Shown here one piece after another: positions 9,583 through 19,478 of a stretch of DNA of 39,799 nucleotides. The notes below the pieces were generated by a model, which made no database searches, was not told the DNA's origin, and saw nothing but the letters and a program-made list of their open reading frames with translations. The DNA comes from Bdellovibrionales bacterium (GTDB lineage: Bacteria; Bdellovibrionota; Bdellovibrionia; Bdellovibrionales; UBA840): NCBI GenBank assembly GCA_037969075.1, contig JBBKWS010000128.1, positions 1 to 39,799 on the forward strand. Reading direction: 5' to 3'. Each line of letters opens with the position of its first letter. Position 1 is the first letter of the stretch. Both the position numbers and the translations under genes were made by a program.

Positions 9583-10627
9583 CCTTACCTCTCTTCAAAA
9601 AAGATAGAGCTAGTATGTTGAGTACAAAAGCAGAGAACGAGAGGAGAATTGTGCTGAAAATGAAAATTTTTACGAACTCGACTGTGATATTCCTGCTGTT
9701 AAAGTTCGAGTAAACATAGCTAAAGTTCGGCGATTGTGAAGAGAGTACAAGTGAATGGTAAATACTAGGTTTCGAAAGTTTTAAGTATTTGCCATATCCC
9801 AGAACATTGCCTGCAGCTTCCTTTAGTTCTTCAGCGGAAAGTGTTTCGCTAGAAAGACGTTTTTTTAATGATTGTATATCTTTAATGTAGGTCTGTAGTT
9901 TTTGTATCAGTAAACTGGTATGTTTAATAGCTACAGTGTTCTTAGTGACTAAAGTTGTGATGCTGTAATATTGCTGGTTAACAGGTAAAAAATTATATTC
10001 GTCAGGATAAAGTGGATTTGTATTAAGAGAGCTTCTTTCTTCAGGACTTGGGTTATTGCTAAGATTCCCACCTTCATTAATCACAGTGTGATTATTTGGC
10101 AATGCTATATAATTAGAGTTTTGAATAGAGAGAGTTTTTTTTATCTGAGCTATAAGATCATTTAACTCATTCTTTTTGGATTCCAAATCATTAATTTCTA
10201 TCTGACTATCGGTAATTTTTACTGCAATTGAGTTGGCAAGATAGTCAAGCTGTCTCATAAAGATGGCAGATGCAATTCGCGGTAAATACTCTGTGTGTAA
10301 AAATTTACTGTGTTTATATTTGTCCGAGCTTAAAGTAAGATTTACGCCTAAAATAAAAACCTTTAGAGGCTCCACCGTAAAACCAGAGCTAGAGAGTTCG
10401 TTTTCTAGTCTTTTTAGGCTAAGCCTAGAGGATTTCACGCCTTTGAAGCTCTGCAACTTTTGCTGTAAATATGTTTCAAGGTTACCAAGATCTTCTGCTG
10501 TGAGGGATGGTTCACTGATGTATATGTTGAGCTGAGTTTCGTGCTCGTTAAATAGGCAATAACCTGTGGCTAATAAAATAGAAATCGATAGTATGACGAG
10601 TATAGGTTTGGTATATTTCTTTAGCAT
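9575..10627 (-). CDS. Wzz-like polysaccharide co-polymerase (divergent)
   Basis: TM helix at each end with a long coiled-coil-like centre. Start moved to ATG 10627 because the track's TTG at 10663 coincides with a -35 box. Confidence 0.45.
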   Translation of the reverse strand: MLKKYTKPILVILSISILLATGYCLFNEHETQLNIYISEPSLTAEDLGNLETYLQQKLQSFKGVKSSRLSLKRLENELSSSGFTVEPLKVFILGVNLTLSSDKYKHSKFLHTEYLPRIASAIFMRQLDYLANSIAVKITDSQIEINDLESKKNELNDLIAQIKKTLSIQNSNYIALPNNHTVINEGGNLSNNPSPEERSSLNTNPLYPDEYNFLPVNQQYYSITTLVTKNTVAIKHTSLLIQKLQTYIKDIQSLKKRLSSETLSAEELKEAAGNVLGYGKYLKLSKPSIYHSLVLSSQSPNFSYVYSNFNSRNITVEFVKIFIFSTILLSFSAFVLNILALSFLKRGKDV

Positions 10628-10634
10628 GAGAGTA

Positions 10635-10663
10635 AGAGTAAATTTAAAGTCACACTTGTTCAA
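10635..10663 (-). promoter_or_regulatory. Putative sigma70 promoter, leaderless
   Basis: Minus strand TTGAAC-N17-TACTCT-N7-ATG(10627); no SD. Confidence 0.5.
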
Positions 10664-10676
10664 TTCTCTAGTTGAT

Positions 10677-10705
10677 TTGACATGGCGTGCTCTATTTCGT
10701 ACTTT
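10677..10705 (+). promoter_or_regulatory. Putative sigma70 promoter for the wbpO-methyltransferase-asnB unit
   Basis: TTGACA(10677-10682)-N17-TACTTT(10700-10705); AAGGA SD precedes ATG 10766. Confidence 0.6.
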
Positions 10706-10765
10706 TCAGAGATAAACTTAGATATTACTCTCTTTCTTTCACAAGAAGATAATAAGGATGGACTA

Positions 10766-12058
10766 ATGTACAAAGATTACAATCGTAAAGTGTCTGTTGT
10801 TGGCCTGGGCTATGTTGGACTACCAGTCGCAGTAGAGTTTGGAAGGATTTCTGAAACTATTGGATTTGATATCAATTTAGGACGTATTGAAGAGCTTAAG
10901 CAGGGTATAGATAGAACAGGCGAAGTCGAGCACGATTATCTGGTAGGGTCGCATGTTATTTTTACTAGTAGCTTCGAGGATTTAAAAAAAGCAGACTTTC
11001 ATATTGTTGCGGTGCCGACACCTGTAGACGAAAATAAGCGCCCTGATTTTACACCTTTGATAAAGTCTTCTGAGACAGTGGGGAAAATTTTAAAAAAAGG
11101 GGATATTGTAGTCTACGAATCAACAGTTTTTCCGGGGGCTACTGAAGAAATCTGTCTGCCCATATTAGAAAAGATATCAGGACTACAGGCAGGCGTAGAC
11201 TTTAAGGTTGGCTATTCTCCAGAGAGAATCAATCCAGGGGATAAGGAACATCGCCTGACTACTATTAAAAAGGTAGTCTCTGCCCAGGACGAAGAGAGTT
11301 TGGATATTGTTGCGTCTACATATGCTAAGGTAATCACTGCGGGAGTCCATAAAACAGGTTCAATCAAAGCTGCGGAAGCAGCTAAGGTTATCGAGAACAC
11401 ACAGCGTGATATTAACATAGCACTAATGAACGAATTAGCGATTATTTTCAAGTTGGTGGGAGTCGACACTAGAGAAGTTTTAGATGCGGCTGCAACAAAA
11501 TGGAACTTTATTCCATTTAGTCCCGGATTAGTAGGTGGGCATTGCATAGGGGTAGACCCATATTACTTAACCTTTAAAGCGGAGTCGCTAGGTTATCATC
11601 CTGAGGTTATTTTGGCGGGGCGGAGGATTAATGATAATATGGGGAAGTTTGTAGCTCAGCAAACTATAAAAGAAATGATTAAATCTGGGCAGGATGTTGC
11701 GGGTAGTACAGTTACAGTTTTAGGTTTTACTTTTAAGGAAAATTGTCCCGATATTCGCAATACTAAAGTTGTAGATATAATTAAAGAGCTTAAAGAATAC
11801 AACGTTAAGGTTCAAGTATATGACCCTATTGCTGATTATAATGAGGCTTACGAAGAGTATAAAATTACCTTAAATCAATTCGATGAGCTGAAGCCTGCTA
11901 CGGCTGTCATAGCTGCTGTAGGTCACAAACAGTTTTCAGAAATGAGCCCTGAGCAAATCAAAAAACTTTGCAAAGGAAAGCCCGTGCTAATTGATGTCAA
12001 ATCGATGTTTGATGCGAAGAAGTACACAGATGCAGGTATACATTTATGGAGACTATAG
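10766..12058 (+). CDS. wbpO: UDP-GlcNAc/GalNAc 6-dehydrogenase (WbpO/TviB-like)
   Basis: VGLGYVGLP, YESTVFPG, SPERINPGD, GLVGGHCIGVDPYYL, TFKENCPDIRNTK. Start at ATG 10766 supported by SD and promoter. Confidence 0.92.
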   Translation: MYKDYNRKVSVVGLGYVGLPVAVEFGRISETIGFDINLGRIEELKQGIDRTGEVEHDYLVGSHVIFTSSFEDLKKADFHIVAVPTPVDENKRPDFTPLIKSSETVGKILKKGDIVVYESTVFPGATEEICLPILEKISGLQAGVDFKVGYSPERINPGDKEHRLTTIKKVVSAQDEESLDIVASTYAKVITAGVHKTGSIKAAEAAKVIENTQRDINIALMNELAIIFKLVGVDTREVLDAAATKWNFIPFSPGLVGGHCIGVDPYYLTFKAESLGYHPEVILAGRRINDNMGKFVAQQTIKEMIKSGQDVAGSTVTVLGFTFKENCPDIRNTKVVDIIKELKEYNVKVQVYDPIADYNEAYEEYKITLNQFDELKPATAVIAAVGHKQFSEMSPEQIKKLCKGKPVLIDVKSMFDAKKYTDAGIHLWRL

Positions 12059-12888
12059 TCGCTAGTGGGTCTCATTCTAAGTTTTCAAAATGCACTAAAA
12101 TATCTGATTTTTTATTGAAATGGTTTAGCGAGCTGGGCATGGATGCTAAAAATCGTGCTACATTTGAAAGATATTACTCGGGATATTTAAAAAAATTCCC
12201 CCGAAGGCTGCAGTATTTTTATTCTAGCCAAGTCAAAGAGGTTGTTGAAATTATTAAACAGCATAAGAATCCAAAACTATTAGATGTAGGTTGTGGAACC
12301 GGCACTGAAAGCCTCTGGATGGCTTTCAACGGTGCTGTGGTTGATGCTATTGATATAAAAAATGAGCGACTAAATCTTGCCAGAGATCGCAAAGTTATTT
12401 TGGAGAAAGACTTAGGTCGCGATATTCATTGCGAATTTAAAAATACATCAGTCTTAGATATTGAAGGTGAAGAAGTTTACGACATAATCTGGTTAGAACA
12501 GGCCTATCATCATTTAGAACCCCGAGAAGAGGTAAGTAAAAAAATTGCTAGTTTATTGAAGCCTGGCGGGTATTTAGTAATTTCTGAGTCCAATGGATTA
12601 AATCCTCTGGTGCAGTTGCAATTGTTTGGTCGTCGTGGTTTTAAGACAATAGATTATTTTTTTGATGAAAATGGTGTCCGGCATATGTATGGGAATGAGC
12701 GAATATTGTCTGCTAGAACTTTGTGTAACACATTTAAAAGGCATGGGGTTATTAGCAAAGAAGTAAACTACTATAGGTTATTTCCCAATATGTCGGTGTT
12801 TGATATTTTTTTTGGTTTAGAAAAAAGAATGCCTAAGATTTTTACCTTTTTCTTTTCTAATTACAATTATGTAGGAAAAAAAGTATAG
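12046..12888 (+). CDS. Class I SAM-dependent methyltransferase
   Basis: LLDVGCGTG, YDIIWLEQAYHHL, LLKPGGYL. Confidence 0.85.
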   Translation: METIVASGSHSKFSKCTKISDFLLKWFSELGMDAKNRATFERYYSGYLKKFPRRLQYFYSSQVKEVVEIIKQHKNPKLLDVGCGTGTESLWMAFNGAVVDAIDIKNERLNLARDRKVILEKDLGRDIHCEFKNTSVLDIEGEEVYDIIWLEQAYHHLEPREEVSKKIASLLKPGGYLVISESNGLNPLVQLQLFGRRGFKTIDYFFDENGVRHMYGNERILSARTLCNTFKRHGVISKEVNYYRLFPNMSVFDIFFGLEKRMPKIFTFFFSNYNYVGKKV

Positions 12889-12889
12889 C

Positions 12890-14779
12890 ATGTGTGGGAT
12901 ATCTGGGTTTGTTGATTACTCAAAACAATTAGATGCAGATGTAATCCGTACAATGCTTAGCGAGCAACATCACCGAGGACCCGACTCGGAAGGTACAAAA
13001 AGCTTTCTGAAAGATCGGTATTCAGTTAGTTTACACCATAATAGATTAGCTATTATAGATTTAACTGTTGGTGGTCATCAGCCGATGTCATTCGGAAAAT
13101 ACCATATTGTTTTTAATGGCGAAATTTATAATTATAAAGCTATACAGAGTGAGCTGAGCTCAAAATACACATTTACAAGTGGTAGTGACACTGAGGTAAT
13201 ATTAAAGGCATTTAAAGAATGGGGTAAAAACTGTGTTACGCGTTTTCGAGGCATGTTTTCAATTATTATTTTTGATGAAGAGAATGAGACTTTGCATATA
13301 TGGCGAGATCGTTTAGGTGTAAAGCCACTCTATTATTATTGGGATGAAAATCTATTTGTATTTGCTTCTGAATTAAAAACGATAACAAGTCATCCTAGAG
13401 TAAAACCTATAGAAGATCAGTATGCCGTATATGATTTTTTTCAGTTGGGCTATGTACCTGACTCCAACTCAATTTATAGTAATATACACAAGGTACAGCC
13501 TAGTGAATATCTAAACATAAATTTGACAACTAAAAGGCTTCACAGAGAGAAGTATTGGGATTTACCTACTGAGAGTTTAAACATATCGGATGAACAAGAA
13601 GTGTTAAGGCAGTTAGAGTCTGAGTTAGAAGATTCAATACGCTTACGACTCGTTTCAGATGTACCAGTAGGACTATTTTTATCTGGTGGAGTTGACAGTA
13701 GCTTACTTGCGAGTATGGTCCAAAAAAAAATAGGTAAGGATATTTCTACATTCACCATTGAATTCGCTGATAAAGAGTTTAATGAAGGCGAGGCAGCAAA
13801 GGCAATTTCAAAGCATTTAGGTACTAAACACCATTCATATTTATGTACCGAGCAAGATTTATTGAATTTTATTGAGAATAAGTACTTTACACATTTTGAT
13901 GAGCCATTTGGAGATGCATCAGCTTTACCTACATATATGGTATCAAAAATGGCAAAGCAACATGTGAAAGTAGTACTGTCAGGGGATGGAGGAGATGAAG
14001 TTTTTTGTGGATACTCTAAATATTTCTATTTACATAAAATATTCAATTTAAATTCTGTACTACGCCATTCTTTGCGCCTTTCGACACAGTTGTTAAGTGA
14101 AAATGTAGTGAGTAGTCTTAATGATCGCTTACCATTTGGACTTAAAGAGAGCAATTTTAAATATAAATATATAAAACTTAAGAACAGTATGAAGCATGTA
14201 GACTCTATTCAAAGTGCATTTCATGCGGCATCGATGACGAATTCCACAGCTTATTTACAGCAAATATTTAGGAATATGGGCGATGCTCCTCGAAACTTTA
14301 AGCACAGTAGTGATAGTCAAAACTTACTGTTTAAAATGATGAATACAGACCTAGTTAATTACTTACCGGGTGATATATTAACCAAAGTGGACCGCGCCAC
14401 AATGGCCAACGGTCTCGAAGCTAGGGAGCCACTTTTAGATCATAAGCTAATTGAATTTAGTCGCAATATTAGTCCCACTTTAATATATAAAAATTCGTCA
14501 GGAAAGTATCTTCTAAAAAAAATCTTAGAAAAATACATTCCTACAAACTTATTCGATCGTCCAAAAAGTGGATTTAGTATTCCTCTAGATAGCTGGCTTA
14601 AAGATAAATTTAAGAATGAGATATATGATCTTGTTCAATCGCAGCATTTTAAAACTAATCCTTTATTTAATCATAAGCGTATAAATATAGAGTTAGATAA
14701 TTATTTTAAAGGCAGTTCTAATACTATGAATTTTGTTTGGTATCTATATGTTTATTTACGCTGGTCACGTTCTGTATAG
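12890..14779 (+). CDS. asnB: Asparagine synthase (glutamine-hydrolysing)-like amidotransferase (WbpS/WbtH-type)
   Basis: MCGISG N-terminal Cys, HRGPD, RLAIID, FNGEIYN, LSGGVDSS, LSGDGGDE, KVDRATM. Confidence 0.95.
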   Translation: MCGISGFVDYSKQLDADVIRTMLSEQHHRGPDSEGTKSFLKDRYSVSLHHNRLAIIDLTVGGHQPMSFGKYHIVFNGEIYNYKAIQSELSSKYTFTSGSDTEVILKAFKEWGKNCVTRFRGMFSIIIFDEENETLHIWRDRLGVKPLYYYWDENLFVFASELKTITSHPRVKPIEDQYAVYDFFQLGYVPDSNSIYSNIHKVQPSEYLNINLTTKRLHREKYWDLPTESLNISDEQEVLRQLESELEDSIRLRLVSDVPVGLFLSGGVDSSLLASMVQKKIGKDISTFTIEFADKEFNEGEAAKAISKHLGTKHHSYLCTEQDLLNFIENKYFTHFDEPFGDASALPTYMVSKMAKQHVKVVLSGDGGDEVFCGYSKYFYLHKIFNLNSVLRHSLRLSTQLLSENVVSSLNDRLPFGLKESNFKYKYIKLKNSMKHVDSIQSAFHAASMTNSTAYLQQIFRNMGDAPRNFKHSSDSQNLLFKMMNTDLVNYLPGDILTKVDRATMANGLEAREPLLDHKLIEFSRNISPTLIYKNSSGKYLLKKILEKYIPTNLFDRPKSGFSIPLDSWLKDKFKNEIYDLVQSQHFKTNPLFNHKRINIELDNYFKGSSNTMNFVWYLYVYLRWSRSV

Positions 14780-15852
14780 ATCGATATTACTTTTTTAGCT
14801 CTGGATTCCCATGTGTGATTTTCTAGAAAATATTGGTGAGCATTTGTAGCCAGCTTTTCGGCCAGCTGTGCGTTTTGCTGTAATTTAACTATAGCCTCTA
14901 CCCATTGGCTGGTGTCATTGGGCTCTAACATTATGCAATTAACATCAGTTTCTAATACCTCACAAAGAACTTTTATATTGGAGCTTAGTATTACTTTTTT
15001 ATTTGCCATATACTCAAATATTTTTAAAGGCGACATCCAACGGCTAGTATCTCCTTTGCCTTGCACAGTAACCTTCGTTTGGTATGGAGCTAAACATATT
15101 GTAAATTTAGAATAGTATTCAGATAGTTTTCCATTAGAAATATGACCGTAATAAATTATATTTGCCGGTGATATTTTTTTCCATCGAGCAACATCTGCGA
15201 CCTCTCCGCCGACCATATGAAATTGGCAGTTTGGTAATTGTTTAGCTATTGATATTATAAGATCGATTCCTCTTCCGTCGTATAAGTGTCCGACATAGCC
15301 AATGTTGTTTACCCCAGGAGATTCTGGAATTGAGTGAGGTAAGGTAGCAGCGTCGTGTAAAACTAATATCTTTTCTTTTAGTTGCGGGAACAACTGTAAA
15401 TAATCTTCTTTTAATTGTGAGGATATACATATTAATTTTTTAAAATGCTTGCCCGTAGTTAAATATCTTTCAATATACCTAGTAATAAATCCTTGCGGAA
15501 TGCTATGAGATTCATAAACATATGGTTTCGCCCCCAATAATTTAACGAAAAACAGAGTGTATTTATCTCTGCCAAAAAAAAAGCTATATTTTCTTTTTCG
15601 TATTTTTAGGTAGGATATTAAGGCATAAATCCATCCTCCTAATCCCGGAATTTTAGGCCAAGCTGAATGAATTATATCAAATTTTTTTACGTTGTAGTAT
15701 TCCTGGACATTGACGCTCTTACTTTGTGATCTTGCATACAGGTCTATTTCAGTGCCATTTAACAAAAAAGCCTCAGTCATTTTCATGACATGAACGCTAT
15801 TGGCCTCATTGGAAGGTATTTTTGAAGCTGACAGGTATGCTACTTTCATCAA
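14752..15852 (-). CDS. GT4 glycosyltransferase
   Basis: ANSVHVMKM, YVGHLY, SPLKIFEYMA, TWESRA. Confidence 0.9.
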   Translation of the reverse strand: MMKVAYLSASKIPSNEANSVHVMKMTEAFLLNGTEIDLYARSQSKSVNVQEYYNVKKFDIIHSAWPKIPGLGGWIYALISYLKIRKRKYSFFFGRDKYTLFFVKLLGAKPYVYESHSIPQGFITRYIERYLTTGKHFKKLICISSQLKEDYLQLFPQLKEKILVLHDAATLPHSIPESPGVNNIGYVGHLYDGRGIDLIISIAKQLPNCQFHMVGGEVADVARWKKISPANIIYYGHISNGKLSEYYSKFTICLAPYQTKVTVQGKGDTSRWMSPLKIFEYMANKKVILSSNIKVLCEVLETDVNCIMLEPNDTSQWVEAIVKLQQNAQLAEKLATNAHQYFLENHTWESRAKKVISIYTERDQRK

Positions 15853-17114
15853 GGTAAGTCTATAGGTACAATTTTAATTTGTCTTTTATTATCTTTTATA
15901 TAGTCGATAGATAACATTTTTCCGTCAGCACTTACTCGTGGATGCAAATCACAGCGTATATTTCCTCTAATTGAAAATGGGCTAAATAGTTTATTAACTA
16001 CCTTGATCTTCTTAGTTTTTTGATTGTAGACGTATAATGTCATAATACCAAATGAGTTAGGGTAAGTATCTATTAATATATAAGGGCTATTTGGTATCGC
16101 ATACGGGTGACCATCTTCTTGCATTTTCGGATGAGAAACTTTTGTTGGCACTTGCTTTGTATGGTCGATATCTTCATAAAAATGAAAACCAGAGCCTGTT
16201 TTTTTATGCGTGGAAAATGCAAAAATTTGAGTGTCGTCAAGCCAACAGAAATGCGAGATATGTCCTTCGTTGTATATTAGTGTTAAATTCCCGTCTAAAT
16301 CTGAAGAATACATGCGCATCTTGCGTTTACCACCTTTAGACCATATATGAAAAAATAGAAATCTCTCTCCATTTGGGCTGAATACTAAATGATTCAAATA
16401 GTGTTCTGAATCCTTAAATTCGTCCATAGGGCGAAACTCTAGTAGTTGTTTATAGCTTATTAATAGTTTTTTGACTTTTGTATTAATGTCAATTGCCCAT
16501 ATGCCATCGTTAAAGGGGGCGGCTTCATTTTTTGTGCGATCATCGATATCTATGTAGCCGTAGCCGGATCGCATGCGCTCTAGTCGGACAAAATCAATAG
16601 CTAGTGCCGTACTACTGTTGTGGCAATATATAGCCATCGGCAATTGGTCAGTACTACCGTTGTCTAAGTTAATTATTTTTGCGCCATATTGATCTTTTGA
16701 AAAGATATTATAAATCACACAATCATCGTTCAGCCATTGTAATCTGGAAGCCTGTTGCCATGACCAAGCGGTGGTTATATCTAGCAGGTTAAATTTTTTA
16801 AGATTATTTATATCATAGTAGCCCGCTTCAATTTGAGTGCCTTTATCAATATTTTTATTAGGGTAAAATAGTCTGTGCGCTAGAATCTTTTTATTATCTA
16901 ATGAAAAAGGATTCAAATCAAAGTAGCCGAAAAAAACTTGAGCCAAAGGGTCTTTTAATGCGATTTGTCCGTGTACATGATTTTTTTTTGATAAAATCCC
17001 AATGTTAATTAGCAGTTCGACTGTAGAAGTTAATACATAACTTTTAGTATACGCAAGTTGTTGATATTTTCTACCTAATATAGTTCGCAATTTATTTTTA
17101 ATCCACTTGGTCAT
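15849..17114 (-). CDS. TolB-like beta-propeller protein, oligogalacturonate lyase-like
   Basis: FFGYFD, WQQASRLQW, NHLVFSPNG, SHFCW, DGHP, DTYP and RCDLHPRVSADG motifs. Confidence 0.55.
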   Translation of the reverse strand: MTKWIKNKLRTILGRKYQQLAYTKSYVLTSTVELLINIGILSKKNHVHGQIALKDPLAQVFFGYFDLNPFSLDNKKILAHRLFYPNKNIDKGTQIEAGYYDINNLKKFNLLDITTAWSWQQASRLQWLNDDCVIYNIFSKDQYGAKIINLDNGSTDQLPMAIYCHNSSTALAIDFVRLERMRSGYGYIDIDDRTKNEAAPFNDGIWAIDINTKVKKLLISYKQLLEFRPMDEFKDSEHYLNHLVFSPNGERFLFFHIWSKGGKRKMRMYSSDLDGNLTLIYNEGHISHFCWLDDTQIFAFSTHKKTGSGFHFYEDIDHTKQVPTKVSHPKMQEDGHPYAIPNSPYILIDTYPNSFGIMTLYVYNQKTKKIKVVNKLFSPFSIRGNIRCDLHPRVSADGKMLSIDYIKDNKRQIKIVPIDLP

Positions 17115-18267
17115 GTTTTACCCTTACTGAGATCAATTTTAAATAGATTATGTATAGTGCATAGAATTGGCAGAGAATAATACTTGAACTAACTTGAATG
17201 CGGTGACGGGAGCCTATACTAGATGGTGGGAATCCTGCATAAAATACCCCTAGTATAACTAGCAAGTAAATTAGAAAACGCAGTTGTGGCTTATCGATAT
17301 ATATTCGATATAGGCCAAATAAAAGTAACGGAAAGGATATCAGGTTAAGACTTGCCGATAAAAATTCATAAGTAGCATTGATAGGTAGATTGATAGGTAT
17401 TGGTGTTAAGAAAAATCTAATAAAATAGACTGGAGTCATAAAATTAAAATTTAAGTTTCCTGAAACACGTATAAGTGTATCTAGGCTAAATATCGTGAAG
17501 AGCAATGTAATGGGTAATAAGCTTATCAAAAAAGCAACACATGCCTTTTTTAAGAATTTCTTTTCCCATCTTAAGTGATTGAGCAATAAGGCAGTAAAAA
17601 TAAAAGGGAATAGATAGAATCTAGTAAAGAATAGAAAAAATAGTGCTAATAAAGCATTTAGATAAAGTACAGCGCTTCGTTCGTCTTGTAGGCGCACATA
17701 AATATATAGTAGATATGTGACACAAAAATTTAAAAAAATTTCTTTAAGATTAAATACTGTAGACCAAGTTATAGTGTCCCAGTGTAAAAGATAAAAAAGA
17801 GCACATAATTTGGCTATGGATTTTTGTATTTGAGATCTAATCAATATTTCGTATAAAAATGCTGCCGTAATGAATGTAAGAACGATATTTAATGCTGCCG
17901 GCGAGGCATCATTTATACCAATGAGGTAATCCATAAGATGATTTAGCCAACCATACATAAAATGTATACCCTCGGCAATTTTTCGTAAGATTCTAAAGTT
18001 ACTATTAAAACTTGATATATCAAAAAAAAATTCAAAGGGATGTTTGAAGTGTTTGAAATATCGAAGAGATTCTTGCCTATAAACAAATGAGTCTCGATAA
18101 ATGCTGTAGCCATCATATATTAGACTATAGAAAAGTACGAATATTAGTGCTTTAAAAGTAGCTACTAATATTGCTACTTTTTTGCTAAAGCATTTAAGCA
18201 AGATAAGAGTTCCTAGACCTAAGATCAATAAGAATCCTGCAAATACTTCTGGAGCTAAACTGAACAT
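17098..18267 (-). CDS. Wzy-like polymerase / GT-C membrane protein
   Basis: Highly hydrophobic with many TM segments; D...Y in the first loop, LKE, C-terminal SRHR. Confidence 0.5.
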   Translation of the reverse strand: MFSLAPEVFAGFLLILGLGTLILLKCFSKKVAILVATFKALIFVLFYSLIYDGYSIYRDSFVYRQESLRYFKHFKHPFEFFFDISSFNSNFRILRKIAEGIHFMYGWLNHLMDYLIGINDASPAALNIVLTFITAAFLYEILIRSQIQKSIAKLCALFYLLHWDTITWSTVFNLKEIFLNFCVTYLLYIYVRLQDERSAVLYLNALLALFFLFFTRFYLFPFIFTALLLNHLRWEKKFLKKACVAFLISLLPITLLFTIFSLDTLIRVSGNLNFNFMTPVYFIRFFLTPIPINLPINATYEFLSASLNLISFPLLLFGLYRIYIDKPQLRFLIYLLVILGVFYAGFPPSSIGSRHRIQVSSSIILCQFYALYIIYLKLISVRVKHDQVD

Positions 18268-19374
18268 TTAATTTGAGTGTTTGAGGTTTTGGCATGCTTG
18301 CAATGTAGCTTCAACAACATCATCCATAGCATAGTAACGATACTCCGCAAGACGCCCTAAGAATACGGTGTTCTTCTCTTGTTTAGTGAGATTTATATAT
18401 CGATCTCGCATTTCGGTATTTGCTGTATCAAGGATTGGGTAATATGGGTCGTTTTTATTTTCTACATAAGCTTCAGGGAACTCAATGTGTATTGTTGTTT
18501 TAGGGTTAATCTGTCCGGTCATTTTTTTGTATTCAGTGATACGTGTGAAGTCATAATTATTGGGATAATTAATAACCGCATGATTTTGAAACTCATTTTG
18601 ATTATGGGTTTGCTCTTCGAATCTCAAACTCCTATACTCTAGTTTTCCAAATTTATAATCATAAAAATAATCAAGTGGTCCAGTGTAGATTAATTTTTTA
18701 TAGGAGAGTTCATTTATCAATGATTTGTAGTCTGTATTTAGCATTACGCTGATCAAAGGGTTTGATATCATATTCTGCATTAGATGGGTGTAACCCTTTT
18801 TAGGTAAACCTTGATACTTAGCTAATTGATAGCGATCCTCTCTGTCAACTCTAACTGGTACGCGTTTCACTGTGTCGGCGTGAAGTTCACGAGGGTGTTT
18901 ACCCCACTGCTTCAATGTATAATGTAAAAAGAATGTTTCATACATATAGCTACCCACTTGGTTGATGATAGCTTCTTCAGCATTTTTCGGTTCTTCGGTA
19001 AATTTAAAAGTAGTTAAAACCTTAGAAAATTCATCTTGAGTTAGATTGGTATTATAAAGTGAATTATATGTATCAAGGTTAATCGGAAACGGGACTAGCA
19101 TACCCTTTACGTTAGCCATTACTTTGTGCTCATAGTAATGCCAATCAGTAAAACGATTGAGGTATTCCCAGACTTCAGACTTATCTGTTCGGAAAAAATG
19201 CGGCCCGTATTTGTGTATTAAAATGCCACTGTCATTATAATAATCATATAGATTACCGCCAATATGGTTGCGTTTTTCAATAATCAATACCCTAGCTTTT
19301 TTTTCAGTGCTTAATCGCTCAGCCATTATACAGCCTGCGGGACCAGCCCCAACAATTACATAGTCAAATTTCAT
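18268..19374 (-). CDS. glf: UDP-galactopyranose mutase
   Basis: VGAGPAG, EKRNHIGGN, HKYGPHFF, YT.KQWG, FTRITEYK, PYYP, GRLAEYRYYAMD. Confidence 0.95.
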   Translation of the reverse strand: MKFDYVIVGAGPAGCIMAERLSTEKKARVLIIEKRNHIGGNLYDYYNDSGILIHKYGPHFFRTDKSEVWEYLNRFTDWHYYEHKVMANVKGMLVPFPINLDTYNSLYNTNLTQDEFSKVLTTFKFTEEPKNAEEAIINQVGSYMYETFFLHYTLKQWGKHPRELHADTVKRVPVRVDREDRYQLAKYQGLPKKGYTHLMQNMISNPLISVMLNTDYKSLINELSYKKLIYTGPLDYFYDYKFGKLEYRSLRFEEQTHNQNEFQNHAVINYPNNYDFTRITEYKKMTGQINPKTTIHIEFPEAYVENKNDPYYPILDTANTEMRDRYINLTKQEKNTVFLGRLAEYRYYAMDDVVEATLQACQNLKHSN

Positions 19375-19478
19375 TTTTTCACCCTAAACTATATATACTA
19401 GAAACGCATCGAGTTATCCATAAAATTTTGCCAAAGAGTTCGTTACTCTTGGTATATAAATCAGACGGGGGCCCAAAC

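Noticed and set aside
10682..10765. 28-aa N-terminal extension of WbpO in the ORF track
   Set aside because: It overlaps a TTGACA-N17-TACTTT promoter; the SD and family N-terminus fit ATG 10766.
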